IMG/VR virus record: IMGVR_UViG_3300030508_000019
DNA: 29,639 nucleotides
Direction: 5' to 3' (one strand)
Source: a virus
Shown here: in pieces, positions 27,701 to 29,639 of the stretch
Layout of the letters: each line of letters opens with the position of its first letter
Position numbering within the stretch: the first letter of the stretch is position 1
Position numbers and translations under genes: made by a program
The notes under the pieces: model-generated
What the model saw: only the letters and a program-made list of their open reading frames with translations
Databases searched by the model: none
What the model was told of the DNA's origin: nothing

Positions 27701-27898
27701 ATGTCACTTGAGAAAATGATTTGCTGGCGTTGCCACGGTACTGGTGGGAAACGAAAAGTTCCCGCACGCCCGCGACATACCGTGGTTTGTAACTACGGGC
27801 ACAAGCACACAGTACCGGCCAAAAAAGCCACCACGGTATTTTGCAAAGAATGCGGGGGTAGTGGTATTGTTTTGGAAGTAAACTTCGGGAGGCAATAA
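27701..27898 (+). CDS. Small zinc-ribbon protein (65 aa) with two CxxCxGxG motifs
   Basis: CWRCHGTGG and CKECGGSGI match the DnaJ-type CxxCxGxG pattern. GGAG SD 6 nt upstream of the ATG. Confidence 0.45.
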   Translation: MSLEKMICWRCHGTGGKRKVPARPRHTVVCNYGHKHTVPAKKATTVFCKECGGSGIVLEVNFGRQ

Positions 27899-27930
27899 CC
27901 AGTCAAAATCCAAGATATGAAAGGGACAAC

Positions 27931-28590
27931 ATGGCAGTAGCGGGAGCAGCAAAGGCGAAGAAGGTGTGTGAGGTGTTTGACACACCATATATCATTACCC
28001 TAGTTCAACAAGCAAAAGCTGGAGATGAAGCGGCTTTTTCAACTCTATATCACAAATTTTATCGGTATTTGAGTAATACTATAAGGCGCGTTCTTCCCGG
28101 GCAACAACCGGATACAGCGGACTGGCTCGCCAACAAAGCCATGACCCAAGCCTGGTTAAATCTCAAAAATTTCAATGAGAAATCCACATTTCAAACCTGG
28201 ATTACACGCATTGCCATCAACGAATGGAAGATGTATATTCGTGAAGAAACATCCGTAGGTCGTCAACGAGACAAAGAACTTTCTCTAAATGAAATTTTGG
28301 ATGAAAATCCTAGCGACGGTAAATTTGGACAACGGGACATTAATTTAGCTGGTATCGCTGATCGACAAATGCTTGATTTGTCGCTTAAAGGTATCCCTAG
28401 TGTTTACCGTGATATTGTGTATTTAAAATTGTGGATGGGATTTTCCGTGAAGGAAATTGAAAATATCTTGGGAGTGAAAAGACCCAAAAAAGTCGGAATG
28501 AATATCGTTAAGGGTCGTAAGATGTTGCTGGAACAGGTAAAAAAGAATTCTACAAATAGTCCTAGACAAACAAGGATGACCGGGGTATAA
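27931..28590 (+). CDS. ECF-type (group IV) sigma-70 family RNA polymerase sigma factor (219 aa)
   Basis: Region 2: AKAGDEAAFSTLYHKFYRYLSNTIRRVL and TFQTWITRIAINEW. Region 4 helix-turn-helix: YRDIVYLKLWMGFSVKEIENILGVKRPKKVGMNIVKGRKML. Confidence 0.85.
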   Translation: MAVAGAAKAKKVCEVFDTPYIITLVQQAKAGDEAAFSTLYHKFYRYLSNTIRRVLPGQQPDTADWLANKAMTQAWLNLKNFNEKSTFQTWITRIAINEWKMYIREETSVGRQRDKELSLNEILDENPSDGKFGQRDINLAGIADRQMLDLSLKGIPSVYRDIVYLKLWMGFSVKEIENILGVKRPKKVGMNIVKGRKMLLEQVKKNSTNSPRQTRMTGV

Positions 28591-28638
28591 TCATTTTACT
28601 GTTAGTTTCGTGTGGCAGTCGTTGCAGTTGTGCTCCAA

Positions 28639-28688
28639 CCAATCCGCTGCATGTTTTTTCGTGAGAGCCTAGACATGCAGCGGATTGG
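28639..28688. promoter_or_regulatory. Perfect 15-bp inverted repeat ccaatccgctgcatg-N20-catgcagcggattgg between the sigma-factor gene and the PEP-CTERM gene
   Basis: Read directly from the sequence. The loop begins with TTTTTT, and there is no U-tract after the full stem on either strand. Candidate operator, processing site or atypical terminator. Confidence 0.5.
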
Positions 28689-28717
28689 CTGCTATAAAAA
28701 TATAGGGGGAATTAAAA

Positions 28718-29365
28718 ATGAGAATAAGTAAGGTAACAATTTTTGCGTTAATTTTGAGTTTGCTTTCGTTTGTTTCTGCGGCCTCTGCCGATCCCATCAC
28801 TCTGACGAATCTATTCGGCACCATAAGTATTAGCGATATCGGCGTAGGTGGAATGGGCACGATTGGTTCAACTACCATTACATCTCACGGTTCGGAGCTA
28901 ACAAACTTTGAAGGAATAACCGCTCCGCATGGGCATTCGCTTGGTTATGTAGGGTTTTCTACCGGCGTGCTAGAAAGCGGAAGTGTGCTAAACGGTGGGG
29001 TATTTTCCAGTACCGGGTCCACTTTCGATGTTATCGGTAAGGGTAAATTTGGACAACCTAAGGGAAATATTTTTATCGGCAGCTTTGTAGGTCCTATTGA
29101 CTGGACATTAATCTCCCAAAATAAGCAGGAGCGAACCTACACTTTAACAGGTGAGTTGTCTGGAACACTCTGGAATGGGCGTTTTACAACTGGGTACACT
29201 ACCCAAACCATCAATATACTCAACAAGAATCAACTGAACGGCGGTGTGGGGCACATTGGGCTTGGTTCTACGAGTATTTCCGCCCCTGAACCAGGGACTT
29301 TAGGTCTGTTGGGAACAGGACTCGTAGGGATCGCTGGAATGTTTCGCCGGAAGTATTTTTCTTAA
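28718..29365 (+). CDS. Secreted PEP-CTERM domain protein (215 aa), an exosortase substrate
   Basis: N-terminal signal peptide (MRISKVTIFALILSLLSFVSAASA). The C-terminus has a PEP motif plus a TM helix plus a basic tail (SAPEPGTLGLLGTGLVGIAGMFRRKYFS), the PEP-CTERM signature. Confidence 0.8.
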   Translation: MRISKVTIFALILSLLSFVSAASADPITLTNLFGTISISDIGVGGMGTIGSTTITSHGSELTNFEGITAPHGHSLGYVGFSTGVLESGSVLNGGVFSSTGSTFDVIGKGKFGQPKGNIFIGSFVGPIDWTLISQNKQERTYTLTGELSGTLWNGRFTTGYTTQTINILNKNQLNGGVGHIGLGSTSISAPEPGTLGLLGTGLVGIAGMFRRKYFS

Positions 29366-29400
29366 GTTTGCAGCACGATTTGGGTCGATGAGTTATCCCG

Positions 29401-29639
29401 ATGACAAACCAAGAAATCCTCCACGCATACGGCACTGGCACAACAGACCAGTGGCGTAACGTGATCGTTATGCAGAGTGCAGACTTCGTTGTAATCCGCA
29501 CTCCAGGGCATACTGACTGGTCAGGTGTTGGCTCACGCGATTACTACCCAACGCACACCGTAATCATTCGCAAGGGTGAATGGTGCCTACATGGTGAGCG
29601 GGAAGAGTGGTATGGGCGCGTATCCAAAAAGATTTTGAC
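29401..29639 (+). CDS. Hypothetical protein, 5' partial (79 codons, runs off the window end)
   Basis: Open frame from the ATG at 29401 to the end of the window. Higher GC than the phage-like region. Confidence 0.3.
   Translation, partial: MTNQEILHAYGTGTTDQWRNVIVMQSADFVVIRTPGHTDWSGVGSRDYYPTHTVIIRKGEWCLHGEREEWYGRVSKKIL

Overview
This window is a phage-derived region, either a prophage or a phage genome segment. A heptanucleotide tandem repeat, a PEP-CTERM protein and a class-II-type ribonucleotide reductase suggest a cyanobacterial, Nostocales-like host, but that is inference.

From 1.3 to 16.9 kb, the minus strand carries a tightly packed virion tail and baseplate module. In transcription order it encodes a putative tail-assembly chaperone, a 1118-aa tape-measure-like protein, a 484-aa protein with an N-terminal lytic-transglycosylase (lysozyme-like) domain, a 388-aa paralog, a 1034-aa Ser/Thr-rich structural protein, a 794-aa baseplate-like protein and a 1118-aa fiber or receptor-binding protein. 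A convergent Gly/Thr-rich fiber-like gene lies on the plus strand at 190..1326. No capsid, portal, terminase, tail-tube or integrase genes are present in the window.

A divergent control region at 16.9-17.1 kb separates this from a plus-strand membrane protein and two minus-strand hypothetical genes. A second divergent region at 19.3 kb contains a 9-bp-stem palindrome and precedes a plus-strand replication module. That module holds a TTG-start primase-polymerase fused to a RecA/DnaB-like helicase (968 aa). It is translationally coupled to a DUF1376-like replication-associated ORF whose coding sequence embeds twelve 11-bp GC-rich tandem units followed by a polypurine tract, which I read as a candidate iteron-type origin. 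Downstream are a CxxCxGxG zinc-finger protein and a single-chain ribonucleotide reductase with an NPCGEI active-site motif.

Beyond a 440-bp low-coding gap with a rho-independent terminator, GC content rises. There a plus-strand operon encodes a small acidic protein, a minimal Fic-domain protein (HPFVDGNGRTGK), three small proteins (one a CxxCxGxG zinc ribbon) and an ECF sigma factor. A perfect 15-bp inverted repeat follows, then a signal-peptide plus PEP-CTERM protein that looks host-like.

Other notable structures are a roughly 110-bp DNA repeat giving two unrelated virion proteins the same C-terminal 40-aa module, and a perfect (ATTGATT)x6 heptamer array spanning the tape-measure stop codon and the lysin start codon.
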